Below are positions 25,821 to 38,950 of a DNA stretch of 64,000 nucleotides, piece after piece (the stretch's first letter is position 1; each line of letters opens with the position of its first letter). The translations under genes and the position numbers were made by a program. Origin of the DNA: Mobula hypostoma (Eukaryota); contig NC_086097.1 in the NCBI RefSeq assembly GCF_963921235.1, positions 197,162,001 to 197,226,000 on the forward strand. Direction: 5' to 3'. The notes under the pieces were generated by a model, which saw only the letters and a list, made by a program, of their open reading frames with translations, searched no databases and was not told the DNA's origin.

Positions 25821-28099
25821 GGATGGGAATATCTAGTTATACATGGACATTTAACACTGAAAAAGACGAGAGTTTATTGTATTTAACTCCTCTTAAACTG
25901 GTGTTACCTGTTGTTACATCAGTGATATGCCCAGAGTCGATTGGTTGAGTCTGCACGGCCAGTGGAGTGTTCCTACCTGGAGTGTATTGGTGCAGCTCGG
26001 GCCTTGTGTATTTCCTGGTTTCTCGGTTTTACTGCAAGGCGAACTTGGGTTACATTTTATTGCAGGAGTATTAATTATTTCGGGCTTTAAACAGGAAAGT
26101 GGGCTTTTCATGGTAAACATATAAAAATAACTCATTTTATGAATTGTGCGTCTAATTTTGCAAAGTGGAATTTTTCCAGCTTGGAGCAATGTTTGCTCAT
26201 GCAGAGTAAAGTACTATCAATGCAGTAAAACTTCTGTTTGCAAAAAAATATAATATCAAATAAAGGTAACTTTCCATTGAAATCTGATTTTAAAATAAGC
26301 CGTTTTTCAACAAGAATGAAGTAATTTTAGGTTACAGATTTATATCACAAATTAGTGAGAAAATGTGAGTTGGGATATTTGCGATTTGCATGAAACATTT
26401 TTTTCTTTTTCTCACCTACTTTTATTTTCTGATGCTATCCTCAGTTCATGTAATTCAAACTTCTGATTCCTGGTAATCTTGCAAAGGTCAAGTTGGGCAG
26501 GAAAATGATTGGATGAAAAGATTACCTGAGCCTGTTGCTTTTTTTAAAGATCATTTTATCAAATGAGTTTGTTACTTATCAACACCAGTAGCATATCAAC
26601 ACGTGAAATTTACCAATGTTTCTAATCTGGTAGTTTAATAATTTAATATGTTTATCAAAAGACTCATTTACTATTAAATTAAAAAAAATAATTTTTAATT
26701 TATAGTTGACTTGATAGTTTTGCTTTTCATACTTCGAGTTCAGGGCTTTATACATCCTACTCTAGCTTGGACCATGCTATTTGGGTCAATGCAGTAAGGA
26801 AGAACTGTGCTGTGGGGAAGTGTTTTTTTTAGATAAAATATTAAACAAAGGTCTTAGTTGTTTCCTTTGGGGAGATGTGGAAGATTTTATGGCATCTTTT
26901 AAAGAAGTGTAGAAGTTTGGCCAGCAAATGTTAGTTGGTTAGTTTTCTAGTTAATAGTTTATCTCAATAAAAGTAATTAAAACAGTAGGTGGTTATATTT
27001 ATCAAGGGATTCATTTACATCTAATTGCCTAAAAAGAATTTTCCCTTTTTTTTGACCAGAGCCTCTATTTCTAGCCATCTAGGGTTCCCTGAACTTGGTA
27101 TCTGCACCCTTCACCCTAACAGGAGCATACTGCCTCTTGATTCTTGAGGTAATTCTTTTAAAAGCCTTTAACTTGTCAAATGTTCTTGGCCTTTAACTAG
27201 AATCATCTACTCAAACCCAGCGAGAATCTGCATAATGTCCTTAAAGTTGGCCCTGTTGCAGTTCAGGATATTTTAGCTGGGAATATTAAATGTCCATGTT
27301 TAAGTAGGGCTTTCATCCTGTACAATAGTTGATATAAGTAAAAGATAGGTCTGATCACTGATCATATGTCTGCCCCCTTTTGCCAACTTTGCACCTTCTT
27401 TTATCATTTAATTTTTCCTGCCTTCCCTAATATTGCAGATTTGTCCTTTCTCTTCTCTGCCCTTCTCTGTTCTCCACCCTCTGCTTCCCACCCCACTATT
27501 TAACCCTTTGCATAAGTTATGTACCTGCAAACACTTTTGCAGTTGTGTTACTTCAACCATTTGGTTCTGGAACGAACCAGCAAAACCCAAATAACTACAA
27601 TTTGGCAGCACTATGACTACTTTACATTAAATTGGGCTGTTTATTTGTTCTAATTGTTTACTTGCAAAAATTGTTTATAATTTAATGTTTTTCTTGTAAA
27701 TGCTTATCTCATTATGTGCCTGTGATGTTGCTACAAGTAATTTTTTTAAATGCACCTGGCCGTACATGCTTCTGACAGTAAATTCAACTTATATTTTTGA
27801 AAGCGCATCAATAGTGCAAGTTTTCCTTCAAATAGTACTGTATGATCGTTTACAACCCACCGATTGGGGAGACTGGACTGCATATTCTAAGTTTGTGTCA
27901 TGTGCAGAAGTTCCTCAGTAATCATAATGCTTAAATGAATGAAATTTAAATCCATTATCTTCTGACTTGCAGCTGAACCAAGGCTTACATTGTTATTGTG
28001 GAAAATGTTTTGAATGTCTTAAAATATATTGCATGTAAGACTTGAACTTCAACTGCAGCTTCTAACCTGACAGTGTCTCAACTCTACACTTCCTGCTTT

Positions 28100-28850
28100 T
28101 ATCTGTAGCCCAAGATCCACACACAGGATTGTCTTGGTGGACCCTTTGCCTCTAACTGTTCATGCTCTATTGAAGTTGTCCTGTCGTACCTTGACTCTAT
28201 CCTGTTCCCTTGTCCAGAGATTTCCACTGACATCCTCAGATTTTGATAACTTCTGATTTCCTAGCCCCCACTACTGGTAAGCTTCATTTAGATGTCCATC
28301 CTCTGCTGGGAATATTACTGTAAATATTTCATTATTACCCTTGTTTATTTCCACCAGCTGCATCTCCTCCTTCCTACTTTTTCTGCCTTTTACAGGGTCA
28401 TCCCTTCCATTCTCAGAATCACAACCAGGTTTAATATCATTGGTATGTCATGAAATTTGTTTTGCTCCGTGGTTCACTCATCTGACACCTGGCACTTTCT
28501 GCTGCAATTGCAGAAGGTGTAACACTTTTCCTTATACCTCCACACTCATCACTATCCAGGGAACGAAACAGCCCTTTCAGGTGAGGTAAGGATTCATGTG
28601 AACTGGCTCCAATCTCATCTATTGCATTTGGTGCTTCCAATGTGGTCACCTTTATATCCACAAGACACACAGGCTTTCCCCCTCCCGTATCTGGATCCAG
28701 TGCCATCTGTCATTCACTTCTCCCCTAATGGTTCCCATTCTCACATTTTTAATTTATCAGATTTTCGTACTGGCAGTCTTTTGCATACCTCCCATCAATT
28801 TCAACACAAAATTCTGACGTAGATGTTTCTCTCCATAGATGCTGGTTGTT
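28100..28850 (+). mobile_element. Old Penelope-like GIY-YIG remnant
   Basis: PGTFCCNCRRCNTFPYTSTLITIQGTKQPFQVR, then LIYCIWC..CGHLYI in a shifted frame; parallels 35159-35539. Confidence 0.65.
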
Positions 28851-28929
28851 GCTTTTAAAAATTGACCATCCTACTTGCTATCGAGGAAGGAACGAGATGT
28901 GAACTTCAACATTAGCAGAGGCCTCACGT

Positions 28930-31545
28930 TATTGTTATTAGAGCTTTATTGTCATTGCTCAGGATAATAAAATTGCAGTGCTGGTCCATTCAGTGCAAAA
29001 CAGCAGACTGGCAATTCAATTACTAACAACACTGACTAAAGTTAAAATAAGTAAGTTATTTAGAATTACATGCAAGTCAAAACTGAATCTAAAAACAATT
29101 CTAAAATTAAAAGAAAGTGGCTGCCCCATTAAGTATTGCATATGCCTGTTATAAAATACAATGATTAAATATAAAATAACATTAAGAATTAAAGCTAAAA
29201 ATTTCAAAAAAACAAAGAGCTCTGAAATCAAGGGAAGGTAGCAGCCCCATTTATACCCAAGTATTGCATATGACCATGTATTGCACTTAGAGATTATCTA
29301 TAGTGCCTGTGGATTTTCGGTGGGTGGGGGGCATTGTTCAGTTACATGACAGCCCTGGGAAAAAGCTTGTTTTTCAGTTTGGATGTCTATATAGAGATGT
29401 TTCTGTATCTCCTGCCAGATGGTAGGAGGTTGAACAGATGATTACTGGGTTAGGATGAGTCTATCATGATAGACATGATAGAGGTGTACAGACACGATAG
29501 AAGTGTACAAGATAATAAGAGGAATAGATAGCGTGGATAGCCAGCGCCTCTTCCCCAGGGCACCACTGCTCAATACAAGAGGACATGGCTTTAAGGTAAG
29601 GGGTGGGAAGTTCAAGGGGGATATTAGAGGAAGGTTTTTTACTCAGAGAGTGGTTGGTGCGTGGAATGCACTGGCTGAGTCAGTGGTGGAGGCATATACA
29701 CTAGTGAAGTTTAAGAGACTACTAGACAGGTATATGGAGGAATCTAAGGTGGGGGCTTATATGGGAGGCAGGGTTTGAGAGTCGGCACAACATTGTGGGC
29801 CGAAGGGCCTGTACTGTGCTGTACTATTCTATGTTCTATGATGTGAGCCTGCCGTAGACAACGTGAAGTTGTAATTTCCATATCTGGTAGTTGTTGTCCA
29901 AATGATGTTCTGTGCAGTCCTGATCACTTGCTGAAGTGCTTTTTGGTTGATCTTGTTGCAGATAGTGTACCGTACTGTCATGCAGCAGGTCAGTATGCTG
30001 TTAGTCACATATCGGTAGAAGTTTAACAGCAGCTTTTGGGGCAGATTTGCTCTCTTTAAACTCCTAAGATGGTGTAGGTGCTGTTGAGCCTTCCCTACTA
30101 TCAAGGAGGTGTTGGTTCTCTAAGAGCTCCTCTGTGATGTTCACTCCTGAAAACTTAAAGCTGGAGACCCTTTACACAGCTTCACCAGTTATGAATAATG
30201 GAGTTTGTTTATACCACCTTGATTTCCTAAAGTGGATAATAATTTCTTTGTTTTTTTTTGATGTTGAGTGAAATGTTATGCTTATTACGCCTTTCAGATG
30301 TTTCTGCACCTCCTCACAATATGTGGTTTAGTTGTTAAGTGTAATCAATTTATTCACTGTGGCCTTGTTTGCATATTTGATGATGGAGTTGGTGACCTAG
30401 GCAGGGTACAGTCATTGGCTCAGTATACATACCTGTGGTGCACTAGTGTTCAGGGTCTGGGAGGATGATGTGTATTTGCCTAATCTCACTGTCTGGTTGT
30501 GAATGGTAAGAAAGTCCAGAATCTGGTTTTGAATTGATATATTGAGTCCCAGATTGTATAGTTTAACAGTCAACTTGTGGGGAAGTATGATGTTGAAAGC
30601 AGAACTATAGTCAATACAAAGCATCCTAGTCTAGGTGTCTTCATGTTCCTTGTGTTCTAGTATAATGTGGAGAGCGATGGAGATGGATCCTTGGCTGATC
30701 TGTTTGCCTTATTGGTGCTGGTCCAGAAGAGCAGGGATGGCATTCTTAATGTGGGAAATAAGCAGTCTCTCCAGGTACTTGCAGGCTATTGGGGTGAGTG
30801 CAATCGGGCTGTAGTCGTTGAGGCATGTTCCCGTTGATTGCTTTGATGGTTGATATTTTGAAGCATGCAGAGATCACAGAAAGGGACAGAGAGAGGTTAT
30901 AGATTTCGGTTAAAAACCTCTGCTGGCCGGTCAGTGCAGTCTGAGGAACTGCCCAGGGATGCTGGCTGGTTCAGCTGCTCTGTGAGCACTGACGCTGTAG
31001 GGAGTATGTTATACCTTCGTGTGCTTAGTGTCCGTGCTGTGTCCTCATCACTGGTTCACTGTTGGCCCTGTCAAACTGAGCAAAGGAGTTGTTTAGCTTC
31101 TTGGCTAGTGTGGCTTCACTGTTTGCAGGGCAGGAGATCTTTTCTGTATTGTCAGTGATGGACCTGATGCCTTACCATATATGTCAGAGATTTGGTGATT
31201 TTATTGGAGTGTGTATCTGTTGTTTGTATCTGTACTTGGCGGGTTTAATGCCTCTTATGGTTTGACCTGTCCATATGCTGCAGCATCCCTAGATCTGCTA
31301 GCAACATCCTGAGCCCTGAGCAGATTCCGGACTTTGTTGTTCATCCGTGGCTTCTGATTCAGGAATGCATGGATGTTTTTGTTGCTGATGGCATTGTCTA
31401 CACAGGATATGATATAGTAGTGCATGACCTTTGTGATGTATTCCTCCAAATCAACTCCCAAATAGGCATTGCTTGGCATACATACGGGTTCCAGTCTGTG
31501 CTCAAAGCACGACTGAAGCCATGAGACAGCTCCCTCAGGCCGCTT
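28930..31545 (-). mobile_element. Degenerate Rex1/Babar LINE with a CR1 fragment inserted
   Basis: NQKPRMNNKVRNLL (31255-31479), MLCIDYSSAFNII (30412-30624), KAQQHLHHLRSL (29829-30104). Confidence 0.75.
29475..29841 (+). mobile_element. Short CR1 3' end
   Basis: YKIIRGID...TRGHGFKVRG...FFTQRVVGAWN; tail TATTCTATGTTCTATG; its first ~19 nt are imperfectly duplicated. Confidence 0.85.
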
Positions 31546-31926
31546 AAAATAGTGATATTTTTAAGATGTTGTTGGGTGGTAATGCTTTTAAATTTTTCAT
31601 TCAGCTTTTTAAATGATGAGATAAAACTTGGTTATCTCTACCTGTTTTTCCAGGACATGGAAATTACTTTGCAGAGATTACAAAAAAATAATAGATAATT
31701 AAAGTTCTACAAATATAAAATTCAACTACTTTAACTTGAGTTAACTTCCTATAAGTGAGCAGTTGTGCAATTTGTTTTAACTCTTTGAAAAGAAATATTC
31801 CTCCTTGATTATCCAAATAGTTCACCATAAAAATGGATTTTTGTTTGTTGAAGATAGAAAGCCTCAAACATTGAAGAGCAATCATGAATTTTTGTTTTCA
31901 TTTAACCAGATTTCATTTGATGGAGA

Positions 31927-32510
31927 ATGAGTGTCCCTGACTACATGCAATGTGCGGAAGATCATCAGAGTCTTTTGGTTATTGTCCAGCCTGTGGGAAT
32001 TGTACCAGAAGAACAGTTCTTCAAGATATACAAGAAAATTGCCACTGCCAATCAGATTAATCTTCAAGATTCTCAGAGAGTTTTGTACATTCGTTACAGG
32101 CACCATTATCCACCTGAAAACAATGAATGGGGAGACTTTCAGACTCATCGAAAAGTTGTGGGGTTGATAGCTGTTACTGAATGCAGTAACACAAAGGATT
32201 GGCCTCAGACTTCAGAGAAATTCCATTTACAGAAAGAAATTTATGGTTCTACATTATATGATTCACGTTTGTTTGTCTTTGGGCTGCAGGGAGAAATAGC
32301 TGAACAACCTCGCACTGATGTTTCTTTTTATCCTAATTATGAAGAGTGCGAAACTATAGAAAAGAAAGTGGAAGACTTCATTGAATCTTTATTTATTGTT
32401 TTGGAATCCAAACGACTCGACAGAGCAACAGATAAATCGGGAGATAAAGTTCAATTATTGTGTGTGCCATTTGAAAAGAAAGATTTTGTGGGCCTAGATA
32501 CAGATAGTAG
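31927..32510 (+). CDS. TRAPPC9: Trafficking protein particle complex subunit 9 (NIBP), first coding exon (584 nt CDS)
   Basis: [18 protein letters not shown]...[18 protein letters not shown]...[14 protein letters not shown] matches the vertebrate TRAPPC9 N-terminus; probable acceptor TTTAACCAG ending 31909; donor AG|GTGAGT at 32510/32511 (phase 2). Confidence 0.97.
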
Positions 32511-32524
32511 GTGAGTGATATATT

Positions 32525-32548
32525 TATATATATATATATATATATATA
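32525..32548. repeat. (TA)n microsatellite
   Basis: Direct reading; 14 nt downstream of the exon boundary. Confidence 0.95.
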
Positions 32549-35051
32549 TTTTGAAGTTAGTGCATTGTTGGCAAGGCTTGAGCTCTAATGTCCTTTCTAC
32601 ACATCAGGAAGCTTTTAATTCAGAAGCTTTTTAATTAAGTGCTTTTAATTCATTCATATCTTTCACATATGGCATCAGTCTTTTCCATTTTCAAAATGTT
32701 AAAATATTGAAAATGGAGAAAAAATTATTGTTAGTTTAATAAATAGAATTCTCTGCTGTTTTTGTCAGCAGACATGGAGGTGTGATTGATACTCTTGCAG
32801 TATTGATACCACAGTTACAAATTATTCTACATTATACTTGCATAACTTTTGTTTGTGTCAAAATGTTACTTTGGAGACAAATGGGTAATGTGGAAGTTTT
32901 GAATTAGTTTTGTGCAACTTGTTTGAAATGTTTTGCACACGAGTAGGAATAGCATGTTGAATCTGTTATGCCATTCATTGAGATCATGACTAATCTATCT
33001 TAGTGGCATTGTTTCCTACACTATTCACCAATCCTGTTATTTCTGTAACATTGCAGAAAACTACCAATCTCTGTTTTAAATGAATTCTGACTGAACTTCC
33101 ACAGTCCATAAGACATATGGCGTAATTCTACTCCTTTGGCCCATCGAGTCTGTCTGCTATTTTCTCATGGTTGATCCATTTCCCTCTCAACCCCACTTTC
33201 TTCCCTTCTAACCTTTCACACCCTGACTAATCAAGGACCTATCAACCTCTGCCGTAAGTACACCCAATGACCTGGCCTTAACAGCCGCCTGTGCCAATTA
33301 TAGAGTTATAGTCAAATTGGATTGCTAAAAGGCAGTTTGAGAAGGACATTGCTGATAATGTTAAGATTGACCCCCAAGAGATTTTTCTCAATACTTCAGG
33401 AAAAGTAAAGTCAAGAAGGAAGTTATGTGTATTAGGAATAATAGTGGGGTGATCAATTATGCAGAGGACATAGCAGATACCCTCAACTCGCATTTTGCTG
33501 AAGTATTCACTTGAGAAAATATTAGCAATATGCCAGTAAGTGTAGAGAAAAATGTTGTTTTTCTTTCTTACTTAACTTGGAGATCTTAGAAAGTGAGGTC
33601 CTGCTTCAGCTGAAAAGGCTGAAAGTTAAGAGGTCTGTGATTAGAGTTGAAAAATACACGTGGACTGAGATGTTAACTGTCCTGCGCTATCACCAGTGGG
33701 ATCATCAGTTGATCTGCCACCTGTCTTCAGGAGTACAAACCTCTAACTGGCATTTTTTTCAAAAGTCATTGAAGTATGTTGATATCCCTAAAGATGAAAT
33801 TGGCTAATGTTGTCCTGGTATGTAAGAAGGGTGACTGCATTCACCTTGGTAACTACAGACCAGTATGTTTAATGTGTATCATGGGTAAGATACTAGAAAT
33901 ATAGATACAGAAAGAGATGGACAAGCAGCTGATAAGAACAGGTGTGTTAGCAGAAAGCTGGCATGGGTTCAGAAAGGGCAAATCATGTTTTACTGATATG
34001 CTGGAGTTTTAGAAACATAGAAAATCTATGGCACAATACAGGCCCTTTGGCCCACAATACTGTACCAAACATGTACTTACTTTAGAAATTACCTAGGGTT
34101 ACCCATAGCCCTATATTTTTTTCTAAGCTCCATGTACCTGTCCAGGAGTTTCTTAAAAGACCCTATCGTATCTGCATCCACCACTGTTGCCAGCAGCCCA
34201 TTCCATGCACTAATTTAATGAAGAGGCAACTAAAATTTGTGATAACAATAGAGTGGTTGACTTTCAGAAGACCTTTGACAAGGTACTCCACAAGAGGTTA
34301 GTAATCAAATGACAGGAGGTAGGGATTCAGGGTAAGGCTGAATTGGCTCAAGAACAGAAAATGAGTTATGGTGAGAGGATCATTTTCACACAAGTTGCCA
34401 AGTGGGGTTCTGCAGGGATCAGTTTTGGGACTGCTGCTTTTTAAATTTGCATTAATGATTTGGGTAAGCACATAAATTAATAAACTTCGCAGATGACGCA
34501 AAATTAGTGGGATGAGCTGATGACATTCAGGTAGCTGAATCAATACAGTTAGATCTAAACAAAATCCAGATGTGGGCAGATAAATGGCAGATGAAAGTTA
34601 ATGTAAGTAAATGTAAAATACTCCATGTAGGAAATAAAAATATTAGATAAATATGCAATATTGATTCTTGAGTTAGAAAGTGCACTGTATTTGGACATTC
34701 TGGTAGACTCATCACTATCAACAGCTAGACAATGCACAGAAGCAACTAGGAAGGCAAATAAAATGCTGGGCTGTATAATACACTCAGTGGAGTTCAAGTC
34801 TAGAGGTGTTCTGTTTAAGCTATAATGCCATGTGCGGCCACACCTTGAGTACTGTGTATGATATTGATCTCCATATTTTGAGGGATGTGAAGGACTGGAG
34901 AGAGTTCAGAGAAAGGCGACAGTACTCATTCCAGGTCTCCATTGTATGAGCTATGAAGAAAGACTGAAAGAATTAAACCTCCTTAACCTAAGTAGATATA
35001 GAATGAGAGGAGACATAATAGAAGTGTTCAGAATCATTTATGGTATAAGTA

Positions 35052-35938
35052 ACGCAAACACAAGGAAATCTGCAGATGCTGGAATTTCAAGCAACACACA
35101 TAAAAATTGCTGGTGAACGCAGCTGCTGCCTGGCCTGCTATAGGAAGAGGTACAGTCAGTGTTTCGGGCCAAGACCCTCACCACCATTCAGGGCCCCAGA
35201 CAGTCCTCCCAGGAGAGGCAACACTTCACCTGTGAGTCGGCTGGGGTGATATACGGCGTCCGGTGCTCCCGATGCGGCCTTCTATATATTGGTGAGACCC
35301 GACGCAGGCTGGGAGACTATTTCGCTGAACACCTACGCTCTGTCCGCCAGAGAAAGCAGGATCTCCCAGTGGCCACATATTTTAATTCCACATCCCATTC
35401 CCATTCTGACATGTCTATCCACGGCCTCTTCTACTGTAAAGATGAAGCCACACTCAGGTTGGAGGAACAACACCTTATATTCTGTCTGGGTAGCCTCCAA
35501 CCTGATGGCATGAACATTGACTTCTCTAACTTCCATTAATGCCCCACCTTCCCTTTGTACTCCATCCGTTATTTATTTATTTAATATATAAATTAAAAAA
35601 AAATTTTCTCTCTCTCCTTTTTCTCCCTCTGTCCCTCTCACTATACTCCTTGCCCAGCCTCTGGGCTCCCACCACCCCCCCACCTTTCTTTCTCCCTGGG
35701 CTTCCCGTCCCATGATCCTCTCATATCCTTTTTGCCAATCAACTTTCCAGCTCTTGGCTCCATCCCTCCCCCTCCTATCATTTTGGATCTCCCCCTCCCC
35801 TTCCCCACTTTCAAATCTCTTACCATCCCTTCTTTCAGTTAGTCCTGACGAAGGGTCTCGGCCGGAAATGTCGACTGTACCTCTTCCTATAGATGCTGCC
35901 TGGCCTGCTGCGTTCACCAACAATTTTTATGTGTGTTG
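35052..35938 (+). mobile_element. 5'-truncated Penelope-like element: inverted terminal repeat, GIY-YIG endonuclease, spacer, hammerhead repeat; 13-bp TSD
   Basis: ORF 35159-35539 GVIYGVRCSRCGLLYIGETRRRLGDYFAEH...EEQHLI..LGSLQPDGMN; TSD TATGGTATAAGTA 35039-35051 / TATGGTATGAGTA 35939-35951. Confidence 0.9.
35841..35876 (+). ncRNA. Minimal hammerhead ribozyme, two substitutions
   Basis: AGTCCTGACGAAGGGTCTCGGCCGGAAATGTCGACT. Confidence 0.55.
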
Positions 35939-36234
35939 TATGGTATGAGTAGGATGGATGCCAGCTGGTACTTCAAAATCAATTCATCAGGGAAGATATG
36001 GGCCCATAGGTTGAGACTGAAGGGAGATTTCAGACTAAAGAAGCATTTCTTTACACAGCAAGTTGTATTCACATGGAACAAACTACCTAGTTGTGTAGTT
36101 GAGAGTAGTATCTTTAGAGATTTTCAAATCTAAACTCAATAGTTATTTCAACACACTATGTGAATAGGAATTTGGCAAGCTTTGTTGAGCCAAGTGGCCT
36201 GTTTTTGTCAAAAGACTTTTGAATGTTCTGTTCT

Positions 36235-38950
36235 GAGTTTGTGCCTTCTGATCTTGGACTCCCCCCACCATAGGAAACATCCTTCGCATCCACTCTATCT
36301 AGGCCTGAAAATGTTCAATAGGTTTTAATAAATGCGCCCCCCACCCCCCACCATTCTTCTACATTCCAGTGATTAAAGGCTCTGAGCCATCAATTGCTCA
36401 TGTGATAAGTCTTTCATTCCCGGAAACATTCTCGTGAACCTCCTCTCTAGTGCCTTATAAAGCCTCAACATCGTATACTTTCTTTTACATCTAGTCCTCT
36501 CAAAATGAATGCTAACATTTTATTTGCCTTCCTCACCACCATCTCAACCAGCAAGTGAACCTTTAGGGACTATTCCCCCAAGTATCTCAGTGCCTTTGCA
36601 CCTTGAATTTTTGAATTTTCTCCCTTTTTTGAAAATAGTCTATGCTTTTATTCCTTCTAACAATGTGTATGACTGTACACTTCCTGACACTGTATTCCAT
36701 CTGCCACTTCTTTTCCTATTCTCCTAATCTGCATATATCCCTCTGTAGCTTTTCTGCTTCCTTAACACTACCTGTTCCTCCACCTATCTTCGCATCAGCT
36801 ACAATCTTGGGCATGAAGCTATTAATTCTGTCATCTAAATCATCGACCTGCAATGTAAAAAGAAGTGGTCCCTATACCAACCCCTGCAAAACACCACTAA
36901 TCACTGGTCGTCAACCAGAAAAGGCCCCTTTGTTTCTACTCTTTGCTTCCTAGCCAGTTGTCCAGTCTTCTATCTATGCTTGTATCTTTCTTCTAATGCC
37001 ACGGGCTCTTGTTAAGCAGCCTCATGCGGCATATTGTCAAAGGCCTTCTGAAAATCTAAGTACACAGCAACCACCGACTCTCCTTTGTCCATCCTTCTTG
37101 ATATTTCCTCAAAGAATTCCAGAAGATTTATTAGGCAAGATTTTCCCTTGAGGAAACGTGCTGACTTTGGCCTCTTTTATCATGTGCCTCTAAGTACCCT
37201 AAAACCATATCTTTAACAATCAACTCCGACATCTTCCCAACCACTGAGGACAAGCTAACTGGGCTATGATTTCCTTTCTTCTGCCTCCCTCTGCTTCTTG
37301 AAGTGGCAATTGCAATTTTCCAGTCTTCCGGAACAATGCCAGAATACAATGCAATGCATAATAATGGAGGGAAATAGCTGTATTACAGTAAGTATATTAT
37401 AGGTAAGTAATACAAAAATAAAAACGTAGTGAGATAGTGTTCATGGGTTCAATATCCATTCAGAAATTAATGGCAGGGGGAAAGAAACTTTTCCTGATTC
37501 ATTGAGTGTGTGTCTTCAGGCTCCTGTACGTCCTTCCTGGTGGTAGCAATGTGAACAGAGCATGTCCTGAGTGATGGGGCCTTAACGATGGATGCTGCCT
37601 TTGAGGTATCGCTCCTTGAAGATGTCCTGGATACTATGGAGACTAGTGCCCATGATGGAGCTGACTGAATTTTCAATTCTTAACAGCTTATTTCAATCCT
37701 GTGCAGTAGCTCCACCGCCCCCCCCCATACCAGATGCTGATGCAGCCTTTCAGAATGCTCTCCATGGAATATCTGCAGAATGTGAGAGTGGCATTGGTGA
37801 TGTACCAAATCTCTTCAAACTCCTAATAAAATATAGCTGTTGTCAGACTGCCTTTGTAGCTGTATCAATATATTGAGCCCAAGATGCATCCTCAAAGATG
37901 TTGACACCCAGGAACTTGCTCACTCATTCCTCTTCTGATCCCTCTGTGTGTTCCCTCGTCTTATACTTTCTGAAGTCCACAGTTGGCTCTTTGGTGTTAC
38001 TGATGTTGAGGGCAAGGTTGTTGCTATGATACCACTCAACTAACTGATATATCTTGCTCCTGTATACCCTCATGTCACTATCTGAAATTTGGCCAACAAT
38101 AGTTGTGTCATCACCAAACTTGTAGATGGTATTTGAGTTGTGCTTAGCCACATAGTTATGGGTGTAGTGAGAACAGAGCAGTGGGCTAAGCACACATGCA
38201 TGAGGTGTGTCACTGAGATGGCGATGTTATTTCTTATCCGCATAAAATGTGGTCTTCCAGTTAGGAAACTGAGGAACCAGTTGCAGAGGGGGAGGTACAG
38301 AGCCCCAGGTTTTTGAGCTTTTTGATCAAAACTGTAGGAATAATTGTGTTAAACACTGAGCTGTAGTCAGTTCTGGCATAGTATTCTCCAAGTGATCCAA
38401 GGCCACATAAAGAGCCGATGAAATTGCATCCATCACAAAACTGTTGAGGCAATAGGCAAATTGTTGTGGTTCTAGGTCCTTGCTGAGACCAGAGTTAATT
38501 CTAGCCATAACTAACCTCTCAAAGCACTTCATCACCGTAGATGTGCGTGGATGATAGTTAAGGCTGTTCTGCCTGGGCGCTGGTATGCTTGTTGCCTTTT
38601 TCTGAAGTAGGGTGCTTCAAACTGTAGCAATCAGAGATTGAAAATGCCTCCACAATCTCCTTAGCTGCTACTTTCAGAGCCCTGTGTTATAGTCTGTTTG
38701 ATGCAATTGAATTGTCTACCTTCAGAACTTTCAGTTTCCCAAACACTTTCTCCCTAGTAATAACAGCTGCACTCAATTTTGCCCCTGACACTCTTGAACT
38801 TCAGGCATACCGCTAAGTGTCTAACACAGTGAAGAATGATGCAGAACACTTACTCAGTTCGTCCGGCATTTCCTTGTCCCTCATTACTACCTGTCCAGGA
38901 TTAATTTCAAGTGGTCCATTATCTGTTTTCACCTCTCTTCTTATTGTTCA
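36235..38950 (-). mobile_element. Degenerate CR1 (minus) with a Rex1/Babar fragment (~37350-38645, minus) nested in it
   Basis: SGIVPEDWKIA (37131-37349); MKCFERLV, DYSSVFNTIIP and KFGDDTTIVG (Rex RT). Confidence 0.65.

Larger units (their letters stand above)
33296..36230 (+). mobile_element. Old degenerate CR1-type LINE hosting a CR1 tail (~34010-34212, minus) and a Penelope insertion
   Basis: GNYRPV, HGFRKGKSC, QGSVLGLLL and HFFTQQVV..WNKLP remnants. Confidence 0.65.

Noticed and set aside
31636..31680. Alternative TRAPPC9 acceptor TGTTTTTCCAG|GACATGG
   Set aside because: Motif only; no convincing donor or reading frame.
32511..32514. ORF-track stop making TRAPPC9 a 195-aa protein
   Set aside because: The TGA lies inside the GTGAGT splice donor; the frame continues at 57384.
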